Shown: in pieces, positions 51,405-60,852 of the stretch | Layout of the letters: each line of letters starts with the position of its first letter | Numbering within the stretch: the first letter of the stretch is position 1 | Source of the DNA: Alloiococcus sp. | GTDB lineage: Bacteria; Bacillota; Bacilli; Lactobacillales; Carnobacteriaceae_A | NCBI GenBank assembly: GCA_035301245.1 | Contig: DATGUS010000072.1 | Location: 54,053-118,052 of the forward strand | Length of the DNA stretch: 64,000 nt | Direction: 5' to 3' | Translations under genes and position numbers: made by a program | Notes under the pieces: model-generated | What the model was told of the DNA's origin: nothing | Seen by the model: only the letters and a program-made list of their open reading frames with translations | Databases searched by the model: none

Positions 51405-51433
51405 ATGTTAGGTTACTCTTATAAAAATGTCAA
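51405..51433 (-). promoter_or_regulatory. SigA promoter of the leader/ABC operon
   Basis: TTGACA(51433-51428)-17-TAACAT(51410-51405). Confidence 0.75.
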
Positions 51434-51450
51434 GCTTTTCTTTATAAAAA

Positions 51451-52374
51451 TTAATTATTACGGAAGTTTTGGCCGGTAATTTCTATTTCATTCGCTAAAT
51501 ATTTAATTCGTTCCATAATTCTAGCAGCCTTTACGGGTTCATTGCCACTCGCATGAGTGAGGTGTTCTTCCTCCAATTGTTTCATAGACATATTGGATGT
51601 GAAAAACGTAGATAGATTATGTTGCATACGGTGTTGCAAAATAACACCTAACACATCATCTCTTAACCAGGCTGTCATAGACTCTGCTCCGATATCATCA
51701 ATAATTAAAATTTCTGTTTCTTTAAAGACATTCATCTTATCCATTACCGTATTATCTTGAATTGCAGCTTTTATCTCTACAGTAAACGTAGGAAGATGTA
51801 CAAGGGTTACTTCATACCCAGCTTCGGACATCTTTTTAGCTAGTGCACCAAGTAAATATGTTTTACCTACGCCAAATGAACCTTGGATATATAAGCCTTT
51901 ATGATACTCATTAGGCCTTTTTTCGTACTGATCGATAAAATCTATTGTTGCTTTTATGGCTTCAGCTTTCTCCGTTGTATAAATCAAGTCATCAAAGTTT
52001 GCTTCTTCAACCTCTTTTGAAATATAAAAAGATTTCATACGATTTTTGGCTTCTAATGTCTTTTGACGTCTGATTTCGGATTCAGTTGGTACATACTCCA
52101 CATGAATACGTTTGTTAAATAAAACTAGTTGGGGGTAATGACCTTTCACAACCGCTTCTTCATCGTCATAACTTTTCGCTTTTTCATTCACGAATTCATA
52201 GAGTTTTCCTGCACTTTTCATAATCGCTTCTTTATTTAATTCATCTTGATGTTTTTGTAAAAAAGCTCGCACATCCGGATCATTAAAGACAACTTCTTTA
52301 AGAATCGTATGGTATTGCTTCGTCAAATTTCCTTGATCCATAAGACTATTAATATGATCTTTTAAACTATCCAT
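51451..52374 (-). CDS. dnaI: Primosomal helicase loader DnaI
   Basis: GSFGVGKT, DDIGAE, RDDVLGVILQHRM, ARIMERI. Confidence 0.95.
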   Translation of the reverse strand: MDSLKDHINSLMDQGNLTKQYHTILKEVVFNDPDVRAFLQKHQDELNKEAIMKSAGKLYEFVNEKAKSYDDEEAVVKGHYPQLVLFNKRIHVEYVPTESEIRRQKTLEAKNRMKSFYISKEVEEANFDDLIYTTEKAEAIKATIDFIDQYEKRPNEYHKGLYIQGSFGVGKTYLLGALAKKMSEAGYEVTLVHLPTFTVEIKAAIQDNTVMDKMNVFKETEILIIDDIGAESMTAWLRDDVLGVILQHRMQHNLSTFFTSNMSMKQLEEEHLTHASGNEPVKAARIMERIKYLANEIEITGQNFRNN

Positions 52375-53744
52375 TACGATTCTCCTTCTCTATTCATTAG
52401 GTGTTTCAAACGTTCACGCAATTCTTTTTCTTCTTGTGGATCCATAGCGTCTGATTCTTTTGGTTTTTTATCCATCCAATCAGGTTTTGTTTCGAATTTT
52501 TGCTTTCCGCCATACGAACGATAACTTTTCTGATTTGATTGTTTTTTCGATTTCATTTTATTATGGCTAAATTTTTCGATTAATTGGATCGCATCTTCAG
52601 CACATGTCACATGATTTTGGGCCCAGTTGTCAGCTATTTTCAATGTATAATTCTTATTTAAGTCCGTATTTTGGCGAATCACTAAGATATAGTGAATTAA
52701 AATATTAATAACTTCAGTAGGAAACTTGGCGTAATCCATTAATTCCTTGAGTAACCATTTTTCACTACTAGAAACAATGCCGTTTTTTTGATTTTTAATC
52801 GATTGAACATAGTCATACGGTGACATAGTTTTGGCAATTTGAATCACCTTATCCGTCTGGTTTCCAGTTATTAGTTGTTCTTTTTGAGTGTTTGATGTTT
52901 CTTTTTTATCTCTTAGATACTCAGTAGATAGTTGATTCTTTTTACCCAATCGATGAACAGTTCGATTTAGCACTTTTTCTAAATCTTGAATATTAACTTC
53001 CCCAGTCTGAAGATCAGCTGCTTCAATAACTATATCCTTCATTTCTAACTCATTAAATCCATAAGTCAAATGGTAAACACGAATTAATTCTTTCATATCA
53101 TTAGTCAAAAAGTTTTGTGAAACGAGTTGTCTACTAATAGATTGCTTAAACAAATCCCAATCAAAAACTTCCATACCAGTTGACCCCAACTGGAAAGTCG
53201 ATTTTTTCTTAGATGTTTCGAAACTATTCAGTGTTTCCATTTTTGAATAATCCACTTGATAAACATCTAAAAAAGACTTAGTAATGTTTCGATACTGTCG
53301 GTTAATATTATCAGTTGAAAGTAACTGACTTTTATATTCTTCAAATAATTGTTCTCCTAATGTATCTTTTAAAAGTACACATAACATTGGTTCAGAAAAA
53401 AATGTGCTTGCTGAAAGTGGTGGATGCACGATGTAAAGATATTGATGATCATCTTTTTGGTAGACACTTAATAAGCCTAATGCTTCTAAACGAATACGAG
53501 CTTCATAAAAATCTTTAAGGCCTATATTGACTTCAGCCAATAGTCGAGATTGTAAAATATCAACTAAATGGTGACGGTTGTAGGTCATATAGCTTTTTAG
53601 TGTATGATAAAGAGAAAAAGCTCTCTCCTTAATTAAAGGTTTATACAAAACAGAAAGAATATGCATATCAGCATCAGAAATTATATTACTCGATTGAATG
53701 CTTATGTTGTCCTTTGGTTGTAATATTTGCCAAGGATAACTCAC
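52374..53744 (-). CDS. dnaB: Replication initiation and membrane attachment protein DnaB (Firmicute type)
   Basis: LYKPLI, RLEALGLL, VINILIHY, IADNW; nrdR-dnaB-dnaI synteny. Confidence 0.9.
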   Translation of the reverse strand: MSYPWQILQPKDNISIQSSNIISDADMHILSVLYKPLIKERAFSLYHTLKSYMTYNRHHLVDILQSRLLAEVNIGLKDFYEARIRLEALGLLSVYQKDDHQYLYIVHPPLSASTFFSEPMLCVLLKDTLGEQLFEEYKSQLLSTDNINRQYRNITKSFLDVYQVDYSKMETLNSFETSKKKSTFQLGSTGMEVFDWDLFKQSISRQLVSQNFLTNDMKELIRVYHLTYGFNELEMKDIVIEAADLQTGEVNIQDLEKVLNRTVHRLGKKNQLSTEYLRDKKETSNTQKEQLITGNQTDKVIQIAKTMSPYDYVQSIKNQKNGIVSSSEKWLLKELMDYAKFPTEVINILIHYILVIRQNTDLNKNYTLKIADNWAQNHVTCAEDAIQLIEKFSHNKMKSKKQSNQKSYRSYGGKQKFETKPDWMDKKPKESDAMDPQEEKELRERLKHLMNREGES

Positions 53745-53756
53745 ATGATCTCTCCT

Positions 53757-54218
53757 CTACTTGCTTTTCTTTTCTTCAAGAGCTTTCATCTCTTTCATAA
53801 ATACTTCGATATCTTTAAATTCACGGTAGACACTCGCAAAACGAATATAGGCAACATCATCGACGTCAACCAGTTCATCCATTACATATTTACCAACTTC
53901 TGTTGAATCAATTTCACTTAAACTATTATCTCTAATACGTCTTTCGACGTTGTTGACGATATTTTCTTGTTCTTCAGCAGAAATCGGTCTCTTTTCACAC
54001 GCTCTGCGCACACCACGAAGTAATTTCTCGCGGCTAAATTCTTCTCGATTCCCATTCTTTTTAATGACTAGAATCGGAGATTGTTCAATTCGTTCAAAGG
54101 TTGTAAAGCGATACCCGCATTTTTCGCATTCTCTTCTTCTTCGGATAGCTTTCCCATCATCTGCGGGACGGCTATCAACTACCTTCGTACCATTATGTTT
54201 ACATCGTTGACAAAGCAC
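53757..54218 (-). CDS. nrdR: Transcriptional repressor NrdR
   Basis: CxxC...VVDSR...RRRRECxxC..RFTTFE, ATP cone, AYIRFASVY; GTG at 54218. Confidence 0.96.
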   Translation of the reverse strand: MLCQRCKHNGTKVVDSRPADDGKAIRRRRECEKCGYRFTTFERIEQSPILVIKKNGNREEFSREKLLRGVRRACEKRPISAEEQENIVNNVERRIRDNSLSEIDSTEVGKYVMDELVDVDDVAYIRFASVYREFKDIEVFMKEMKALEEKKSK

Positions 54219-54272
54219 TGAAACCATCCTTTTCTAAATCGTTTTATTCATTATTATAACATAACATAATCG

Positions 54273-54872
54273 TTATTGATAAGCATGCTGTCCATACCAT
54301 TGCTTCACTTGTTCGGTTGTTTCTTCAAGTGAGCCATTATTATTAATCACATAATCTGCTTTTATGGCTTTTTGATCTAAAGACATTTGAGTTTCAATTT
54401 TACGTCGTGCTTCTTTTTCTTCAATCTCATCGCGATTCATCAAACGTTCAAGTTGTGTTTCTTCAGAAACATACACTACCATCACGCTATCCAATTCCTT
54501 TTCAAAATTGATTTCATATAACAACGGAATATCCAGCACAATCAACGGATGACCGTCCCGCTTTAATTCATCTGTTAAGTATGAAATACGGTTTAAAATT
54601 AACGGATGAAGGATTCCATTTAATTGCTCTCTTTTTTTTTGATCTTGAAAAATAATTGAACCTAAAGTTTTTCGGTCTAACTGACCATTTTGATCAATGA
54701 TGTTTTGTCCAAAAGCATCTTTTATCAGCTCTAAGCCTTTGGTACCTGGTAATACGACCTCGCGAGCAATTTGATCGGTATCGATTATCGGTACGTCCAA
54801 CTGTTTAAATATTTGGCTAACGGTAGATTTCCCAGAAGCAATGCCTCCAGTTAATCCTAATACATAGGTCAT
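54273..54872 (-). CDS. coaE: Dephospho-CoA kinase
   Basis: GLTGGIASGKST, DIPLLYE; ATG at 54872. Confidence 0.95.
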   Translation of the reverse strand: MTYVLGLTGGIASGKSTVSQIFKQLDVPIIDTDQIAREVVLPGTKGLELIKDAFGQNIIDQNGQLDRKTLGSIIFQDQKKREQLNGILHPLILNRISYLTDELKRDGHPLIVLDIPLLYEINFEKELDSVMVVYVSEETQLERLMNRDEIEEKEARRKIETQMSLDQKAIKADYVINNNGSLEETTEQVKQWYGQHAYQ

Positions 54873-54882
54873 TTTAATCCTC

Positions 54883-55704
54883 CTATTTTTGACAATGCGG
54901 ACAGTAGTGAGTCCCTCTACCATTGAGTTGAATCTTTTCTATCATAGTTTTACACCTTGAACAAGATTCATTTTTTTTACCGTATACTTTATGATAATCT
55001 TGGTAGGTTCCATCTTCGCCGAGCATATTATGATAAGTTCTAATCGTCGAACCGCCATACTTAATGGCTTCTTGCATAATATTGATAATTGATTGTCTTA
55101 AAACTTCGATTTCAAAAGTTGATAATGTCTTTCCTGGTCGAGTTGGGTGAATACCGGCATCAAACAAGATTTCATCAGCATAAATATTACCAATACCAGC
55201 AACTAACGTCTGATCGAGCAAGATTGTTTTAATTGCTTTAGTTTTATTCATTAAAAACTGTTTCATATCATTAGTAAATAGTTGGCCTTCAATTGGTTCA
55301 GGTCCTAACTTGATGATTGATTTCGTTTGGTACTCTTCACCGATTGGAACGAGCTGCATTCTACCAAACTTTCTCACATCGTTATATCTTAATTCCATTT
55401 GATCATTAAATCTAAAGATAACATGCGTATGTTTATCAAGTCGTTCTTCTTTTGATTTTAAGAAATACTTACCTTCCATTCTTAAATGAGAAATTAAGAC
55501 GTCTTTATCTAAATAAATCAGTAAAAATTTACCACGTCTTTTTATTTGTTGAATAGTCTGATTGACTAGTTTCATTTTAAATTCATCGATTGATTTTGAT
55601 TGGATAATTTTTGGCCATCTTACCTCAATAGCTTGGATTGTTTTTCCGATTATTGTTTGATCCAAACCTTGACGCACCGATTCTACTTCTGGTAACTCAG
55701 GCAT
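54883..55704 (-). CDS. mutM: Formamidopyrimidine-DNA glycosylase
   Basis: PELPEV, HLRMEG, GIGNIYADE, C-terminal zinc finger. Confidence 0.97.
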   Translation of the reverse strand: MPELPEVESVRQGLDQTIIGKTIQAIEVRWPKIIQSKSIDEFKMKLVNQTIQQIKRRGKFLLIYLDKDVLISHLRMEGKYFLKSKEERLDKHTHVIFRFNDQMELRYNDVRKFGRMQLVPIGEEYQTKSIIKLGPEPIEGQLFTNDMKQFLMNKTKAIKTILLDQTLVAGIGNIYADEILFDAGIHPTRPGKTLSTFEIEVLRQSIINIMQEAIKYGGSTIRTYHNMLGEDGTYQDYHKVYGKKNESCSRCKTMIEKIQLNGRGTHYCPHCQK

Positions 55705-55751
55705 GGTAACACTCCTTATAGACTATAAAAATTGCATATATTCTCTATTAA

Positions 55752-55775
55752 AGTTTATCACATGTGACATGTGAT
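55752..55775 (-). promoter_or_regulatory. Palindrome ATCACATGT-G-ACATGTGAT overlapping an extended -10 (TGaTAAACT) upstream of mutM
   Basis: Perfect 9-1-9 palindrome at 55757-55775. Confidence 0.5.
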
Positions 55776-55874
55776 TGTTATAATTTCTATTTAGTTAATC
55801 TTTCGAAAACAAAAGAACCTGTACAGACTGCACAAGTTCTTTCTTACATTCAAAAGCTTACTTTATTTTGTTTA

Positions 55875-58535
55875 TTATTTTGCATCATACCATGTGTCGC
55901 CTGAACTGCTGTCCACTTTAAGTGGTACTTTGAGTTCAACGGCACTTTCCATTACTTCACTAACTAATTTTTCTAACTTCGGTAATTCTTCTTCCGGTGC
56001 CTCAAAGATCAACTCATCATGAACTTGAAGAAGCATAGTTGCTTGTAGACCCTCTTCTTTAATGCGTTTGTCCATCTGAATCATTGCCACTTTAATAATA
56101 TCAGCTGCACTACCTTGAATAGGTGTGTTCATTGCCGTTCTTTCAGCAAATGAGCGCAAGTTAAAGTTTCTAGAATTAATATCTGGTAAGTAGCGTCTTC
56201 TATGGAATAAAGTTTCGACATAGCCCTTATCCTTCGCTTCACGAATCGCTTCATCGATAAATTCTTTGACACCTGGAAAACGATCGAAATAGGTATCAAT
56301 GTATTCTTTTGCTTCTTTACGAGAAATATCTAAGTTTTTAGATAAACCGTAGTCACTAATTCCATATACAATACCAAAGTTCACAGCTTTTGCATCACGA
56401 CGCATGTTCCCTGTCACTTCATCTGGATGATTTAAGCCAAAGACTTTCAGTGCCGTAGTCGTATGCACGTCTTCATCATTGAGATACGTTTCAATTAAGG
56501 CATCATCTTCTGACATATGAGCAAGCACCCGGAGTTCGATTTGTGAATAATCGGCTGCAAAGATCTTCCAATTTTTCTTTCTTGGCACAAAAGCTTGTCT
56601 AATCTTACGTCCTTCTTCCGTACGAATCGGAATATTCTGCAAATTAGGATTAACCGAACTTAAGCGACCTGTTCTCGCAACAGTTTGTAAGTACCTTGTA
56701 TGCACTTTATCTGTCTCTTTTTCCACAACTTTCATTAAGCCTTCTACATACGTGGACTGAATCTTAGCTACCATACGATAATCTAGAATGTATTCCACAA
56801 TCGGTGCTTGACTACGTAATTTTTCTAGAACATCTTGAGCTGTCGAGTAACCTGTCTTCGTACGTTTGATGACTGGGTATCCCATCTTTTCAAATAAAAT
56901 ATGTCCTAATTGTTTTGGTGAATTGATATTAAATTCTTCACCAGCTTCTTCAAATATTTTCTCCTCAATCACATTTAAATGCACAGAAAATTCTTTTTTC
57001 ATATTTTCTAAACGATCAAGATCCAACTTAATCCCTTGAATTTCCATATCACTTAACACTTTAGCTAATGGCAACTCAATATCATAGAACAACTCATCTT
57101 GTTCATTATCATGTAAATCTTTAGCAAGTTGATCAGATAGTTTAAAAATCGCTTTAACTTTCGAAGCAACATGAGTGTGGAACTCTTCTTCGTCTTCAGG
57201 TACTTTGATTTTCTTGCCTTTACCATAAACAATAATATCAGATAATACACCGTTATAATGGTGTTTTTCTGCGACATCTGAAACATTACCGCCACTCGAA
57301 TCTTCAGCAGTAAGCAAGTATGAAGCAAGCATCACATCAAAAGCAACCTGTGAAAATTCAATGCCTTTTGTATATAATGCGCCTAAAGTTGCCTTTGCAT
57401 CATAAGTTCTAAAGCTGACTTCTTCATCTTCAAGCCACTGTTTAAATAATTCGGATTCAAAAGCTACATCCGGCGTTGCGACATAAATCGCTTGATCATC
57501 CCCCCATGCAACCGAAAGGATGTTAGCATTTAAATAGTCTTCTTCAAAAAACTCTAAATACAGAGCCGCATCTTTTGGTAACATGTCTTCAGTAATTTCA
57601 GTGACAAAGTCGTAATCCACATCTTGTTTTAAATCTTGGCCTTCAAAAGCACCATCAATATTCAATTTTTCTAAGTGACTATTGAAGTCCATTTCTTTAT
57701 AAAACTCAATTAATTTCTCAAGATCTTTACCTTCGTATTTTAAGTCATTAATATGAATATCTATCGGTGCATCAACATCAATGGTTGCTAATTTTTTACT
57801 TAAAAAGGCAATATCTTTTTCATCAATTAAATACTCTTTACGCTTCGACTTTTTCATTTCATCAATGCGTTCATAAAGCTCCTCAACTGAGTGATACTCT
57901 TTCAGTAATTTAATGGCCGTCTTGTCACCAATGCGAGTCACTCCTGGAATATTATCCGAGCTATCTCCTGACAAACCTTTCAAATCAATGATCTGCATTG
58001 GTGTAATGCCCATTTCTTCGATAATAGTTTTTTTAGTGTAGTCTTTAATATCGGAGACACCTTTTTTAGTTAAACTAACCCGAACATGATCAGTGGCTAA
58101 CTGCATTAAGTCACGGTCTCCAGTTAAGATGACTACTTCAAAATCTTCGTCTTCATTAATTTGACGAGATAATGTACCAATGATGTCATCCGCTTCATAT
58201 TGATCAAGTTGATAGGTTTTAATACCAAACCCTCTAATTAAGTCTTTTAAATAAGGCATCTGTTCAGCAAATTCACTTGGCATGCTGTCACGTCCGCCTT
58301 TATAATCTTCAAAATACTCATGTCTAAATGTTGTCTTCCCTGCATCAAACGCCACTAAAGCATGAGTTGGTTGTTCTTTATCTATAATACTTTCTAACAT
58401 ATTATGAAAACCGTATAGCGCATTTGTATGCAAGCCATTTCTGTTCTTCATTCTTTCTAATTGACTATGCAAGCCATAAAACGCCCTAAACGCGACACTG
58501 TGTCCATCAATTAATAATATTTTTTCTCTAGACAT
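55875..58535 (-). CDS. polA: DNA polymerase I
   Basis: 5'-3' exonuclease (EADDIIG), DYSQIELR, KAVNFGIVYG, QVHDEL. Confidence 0.98.
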   Translation of the reverse strand: MSREKILLIDGHSVAFRAFYGLHSQLERMKNRNGLHTNALYGFHNMLESIIDKEQPTHALVAFDAGKTTFRHEYFEDYKGGRDSMPSEFAEQMPYLKDLIRGFGIKTYQLDQYEADDIIGTLSRQINEDEDFEVVILTGDRDLMQLATDHVRVSLTKKGVSDIKDYTKKTIIEEMGITPMQIIDLKGLSGDSSDNIPGVTRIGDKTAIKLLKEYHSVEELYERIDEMKKSKRKEYLIDEKDIAFLSKKLATIDVDAPIDIHINDLKYEGKDLEKLIEFYKEMDFNSHLEKLNIDGAFEGQDLKQDVDYDFVTEITEDMLPKDAALYLEFFEEDYLNANILSVAWGDDQAIYVATPDVAFESELFKQWLEDEEVSFRTYDAKATLGALYTKGIEFSQVAFDVMLASYLLTAEDSSGGNVSDVAEKHHYNGVLSDIIVYGKGKKIKVPEDEEEFHTHVASKVKAIFKLSDQLAKDLHDNEQDELFYDIELPLAKVLSDMEIQGIKLDLDRLENMKKEFSVHLNVIEEKIFEEAGEEFNINSPKQLGHILFEKMGYPVIKRTKTGYSTAQDVLEKLRSQAPIVEYILDYRMVAKIQSTYVEGLMKVVEKETDKVHTRYLQTVARTGRLSSVNPNLQNIPIRTEEGRKIRQAFVPRKKNWKIFAADYSQIELRVLAHMSEDDALIETYLNDEDVHTTTALKVFGLNHPDEVTGNMRRDAKAVNFGIVYGISDYGLSKNLDISRKEAKEYIDTYFDRFPGVKEFIDEAIREAKDKGYVETLFHRRRYLPDINSRNFNLRSFAERTAMNTPIQGSAADIIKVAMIQMDKRIKEEGLQATMLLQVHDELIFEAPEEELPKLEKLVSEVMESAVELKVPLKVDSSSGDTWYDAK

Positions 58536-58693
58536 ATAGAGTCTCCTTCTTATTCAAATCCTCATACAATCTATTTCATTTTATCAAATTACTAAAGTGA
58601 ATGAAAATGTAAGTTCTCTAAAGACAGTTTTTATCAACAATTCTACAAATATAAAATTAAAACTCTTAAGTTACTACCCCCAGGGGTTTGATG

Positions 58694-58809
58694 TTACACA
58701 GTAATAATCTGTCCTTTTTGCTGGATTTCGTACATTTGTGAGTAGCTGCGCCTTCTTCAATCAATTGATTATAAACTCCATGTTCAACAATGGTACTTTG
58801 ACTAAAATT
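58694..58809 (-). pseudogene. Frameshifted remnant of the C-terminus of an ABC exporter ATPase
   Basis: Reads QSTIVEHGVYNQLIEEG then, after a frameshift, SYSQMYEIQQKGQIITV-stop; resembles the IVExGxHxxL...GxYxxMYxxQ tail. Confidence 0.6.
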
Positions 58810-58887
58810 CAAATATTAAAATTACCTCATTTATTGACACTGGTTCAATTTTTAAAAAACATATTGCTTAGACTTTCTTATAGATAG

Positions 58888-58912
58888 AAAAAGCAGGACT
58901 AAGCCTGCTTTT
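58888..58912 (-). terminator. murC terminator
   Basis: AAAAGCAGG-ACTAAG-CCTGCTTTT. Confidence 0.8.
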
Positions 58913-58935
58913 AAATACTGATTTAATATTAAATT

Positions 58936-60267
58936 TTATGAATGTGATTTTGCTGAATTGCTTAAGAGTGTTTCGTAAGCTTGTTCAAATTTTGTTATAT
59001 CTCCCGCACCCATAAAGATCACAACATCACCTTTATGCTCTAATAGTGGAGAAACATCTTCTGCTTGTAAAATGCTCTGACCTTTTTCAGTCTTATCAAG
59101 AAGATCGTTTATTGAAATATTGCCTTCTTTTTCTCTTGCTGAGTTAAAAATATCACACAAATATACATTATCGGCTAAGTCTAATGACTCAGCAAATTCA
59201 CCTAATAAAGCAACAGTTCTTGTAAATGTGTGTGGTTGGAAAACAGCAATAATCTCTCTATTAGGATATTTTTGTCTTGCCGCATCAATAGTTGCTTTTA
59301 TCTCAGCTGGGTGGTGAGCATAGTCATCAATAATCGTTGTATCTTCAACAATCTTTTCAGTAAAGCGACGTTTAACTCCTCCGAATGAAGCTAGTCGTTC
59401 TGCTACTAAGTCAACATCTAATTTCTCATAGTGGGCCGTTGCAATGACAGCTAACGCATTTTGAATATTATGGTCTCCGAATGTTGGTATCTTAAAGTGA
59501 GCATAGAAGTCCCCGCGTACATAGACATCAAATTCGGATCCTTCTGTCGAACGTTCGATATTCTTAGCTACAAAATCATTCTGGTCACTAAAACCATAAT
59601 AAACAATTGGCGTGTTTGATTGCATTTGTAGTAATCGCTTATCATCGCCATTCGCAAAAATAACCTTTTTTACTTGTCCCGCAAATTCTTCAAAAGCTAA
59701 TTGAACATCTTCTATACTCTTATAATAATCTGGGTGGTCAAAGTCAATATTAGTAATAATCGCATAATCTGGTTTATATGCTAAGAAATGACGTTTGTAC
59801 TCACATGCTTCCAATACAAAGTATGTCGCATCTTCAACACCATGTCCTGTCCCATCACCAATTAAGTAACTTGTTTTATCAATACCTGATAAGACGTGAG
59901 ACATCAAACCTGTTGTACTAGTTTTACCGTGCGAACCAGTAATCGCAATACTTGTAAACTGATTACTCAATTCGCCAATAAAATCATGATAGCGTATAAC
60001 TTTTAGTCCTAATTCATGTGCTTTCTTTATTTCTTCATGATCGTCTCCAAAAGCATTACCAGCGATTACAGTTAAACCTTCTTTAATATTGTCTTCACTA
60101 AATTCGTAAATCGGAATGTTATTATCTTCTAAATTTTTTTGTGTGAAAAAATATTTTCTCACATCAGAGCCTTGTACTTTAAGACCTTTATCAAATAAGA
60201 TCAGCGCTAATGAGCTCATGCCTGATCCTTTAATACCTACAAAATGATAAATGGTATTTCGATCCAT
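58936..60267 (-). CDS. murC: UDP-MurNAc--L-alanine ligase
   Basis: [28 protein letters not shown]. Confidence 0.97.
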   Translation of the reverse strand: MDRNTIYHFVGIKGSGMSSLALILFDKGLKVQGSDVRKYFFTQKNLEDNNIPIYEFSEDNIKEGLTVIAGNAFGDDHEEIKKAHELGLKVIRYHDFIGELSNQFTSIAITGSHGKTSTTGLMSHVLSGIDKTSYLIGDGTGHGVEDATYFVLEACEYKRHFLAYKPDYAIITNIDFDHPDYYKSIEDVQLAFEEFAGQVKKVIFANGDDKRLLQMQSNTPIVYYGFSDQNDFVAKNIERSTEGSEFDVYVRGDFYAHFKIPTFGDHNIQNALAVIATAHYEKLDVDLVAERLASFGGVKRRFTEKIVEDTTIIDDYAHHPAEIKATIDAARQKYPNREIIAVFQPHTFTRTVALLGEFAESLDLADNVYLCDIFNSAREKEGNISINDLLDKTEKGQSILQAEDVSPLLEHKGDVVIFMGAGDITKFEQAYETLLSNSAKSHS

Positions 60268-60337
60268 GTTTCTTACCTCCGTTTTTCAGTCATAATAATG
60301 ACAACTGGTATATGATAGCTCAAATATGACTAAAAAT

Positions 60338-60823
60338 CTAGTAATCGGACACGTTTTCAGCTTCTGTTTGCCAACTTTTTAAGATCGATGTATTGACGCA
60401 TTCTTCCGTTAAAATAAAATCATAATGTTTTTGAAGCATTAGGTCTTTTAATGCCTTATAATTCCACTCAATTTCTTCTTCTGAATCAGAAGGCCCCAGC
60501 CCCATTCGCTCACGTTGTTCGTCAGTATAACCAAACATTGGTGAAGGTACTTCGGTTACTCGAAATCGTGGTCGATATTTTTGTCGTCTACGAGTTTCAA
60601 ATAATTGTTGACGCTTAGGTTGAGGTGTGGTTAAGATTTTTTCTGCCTCATTCCTATAATCTTGTCTTGTTTTGACTCTATCTGGCAATTCTTCATAATG
60701 GTTCGTGCTGAAATCTAATGATTTTTTCTCTGGTCGTTTTGATTTCGACGGCAGTTCTTTATCAAATGGGTTAAAATCGACTTGTTTACGTCTATGATTA
60801 AATGACGGTCCATCATAATACAT
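60338..60823 (-). CDS. Hypothetical protein resembling the N-terminal region of SftA/YtpT DNA translocase, without motor domain
   Basis: YDGPSF start and FRVTEVPSPMFG motif; occupies the ytpR-murC slot; AAGGGGTG SD. Confidence 0.6.
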   Translation of the reverse strand: MYYDGPSFNHRRKQVDFNPFDKELPSKSKRPEKKSLDFSTNHYEELPDRVKTRQDYRNEAEKILTTPQPKRQQLFETRRRQKYRPRFRVTEVPSPMFGYTDEQRERMGLGPSDSEEEIEWNYKALKDLMLQKHYDFILTEECVNTSILKSWQTEAENVSDY

Positions 60824-60852
60824 TTTCTCACCCCTTCAATAATCTTTAAACT

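Noticed and set aside
51040-51433. T-box riboswitch upstream of the ABC importer
   Set aside because: No UGGNACC T-box sequence or Stem I AG/GNUG motifs found, unlike the clear ileS and thrS leaders
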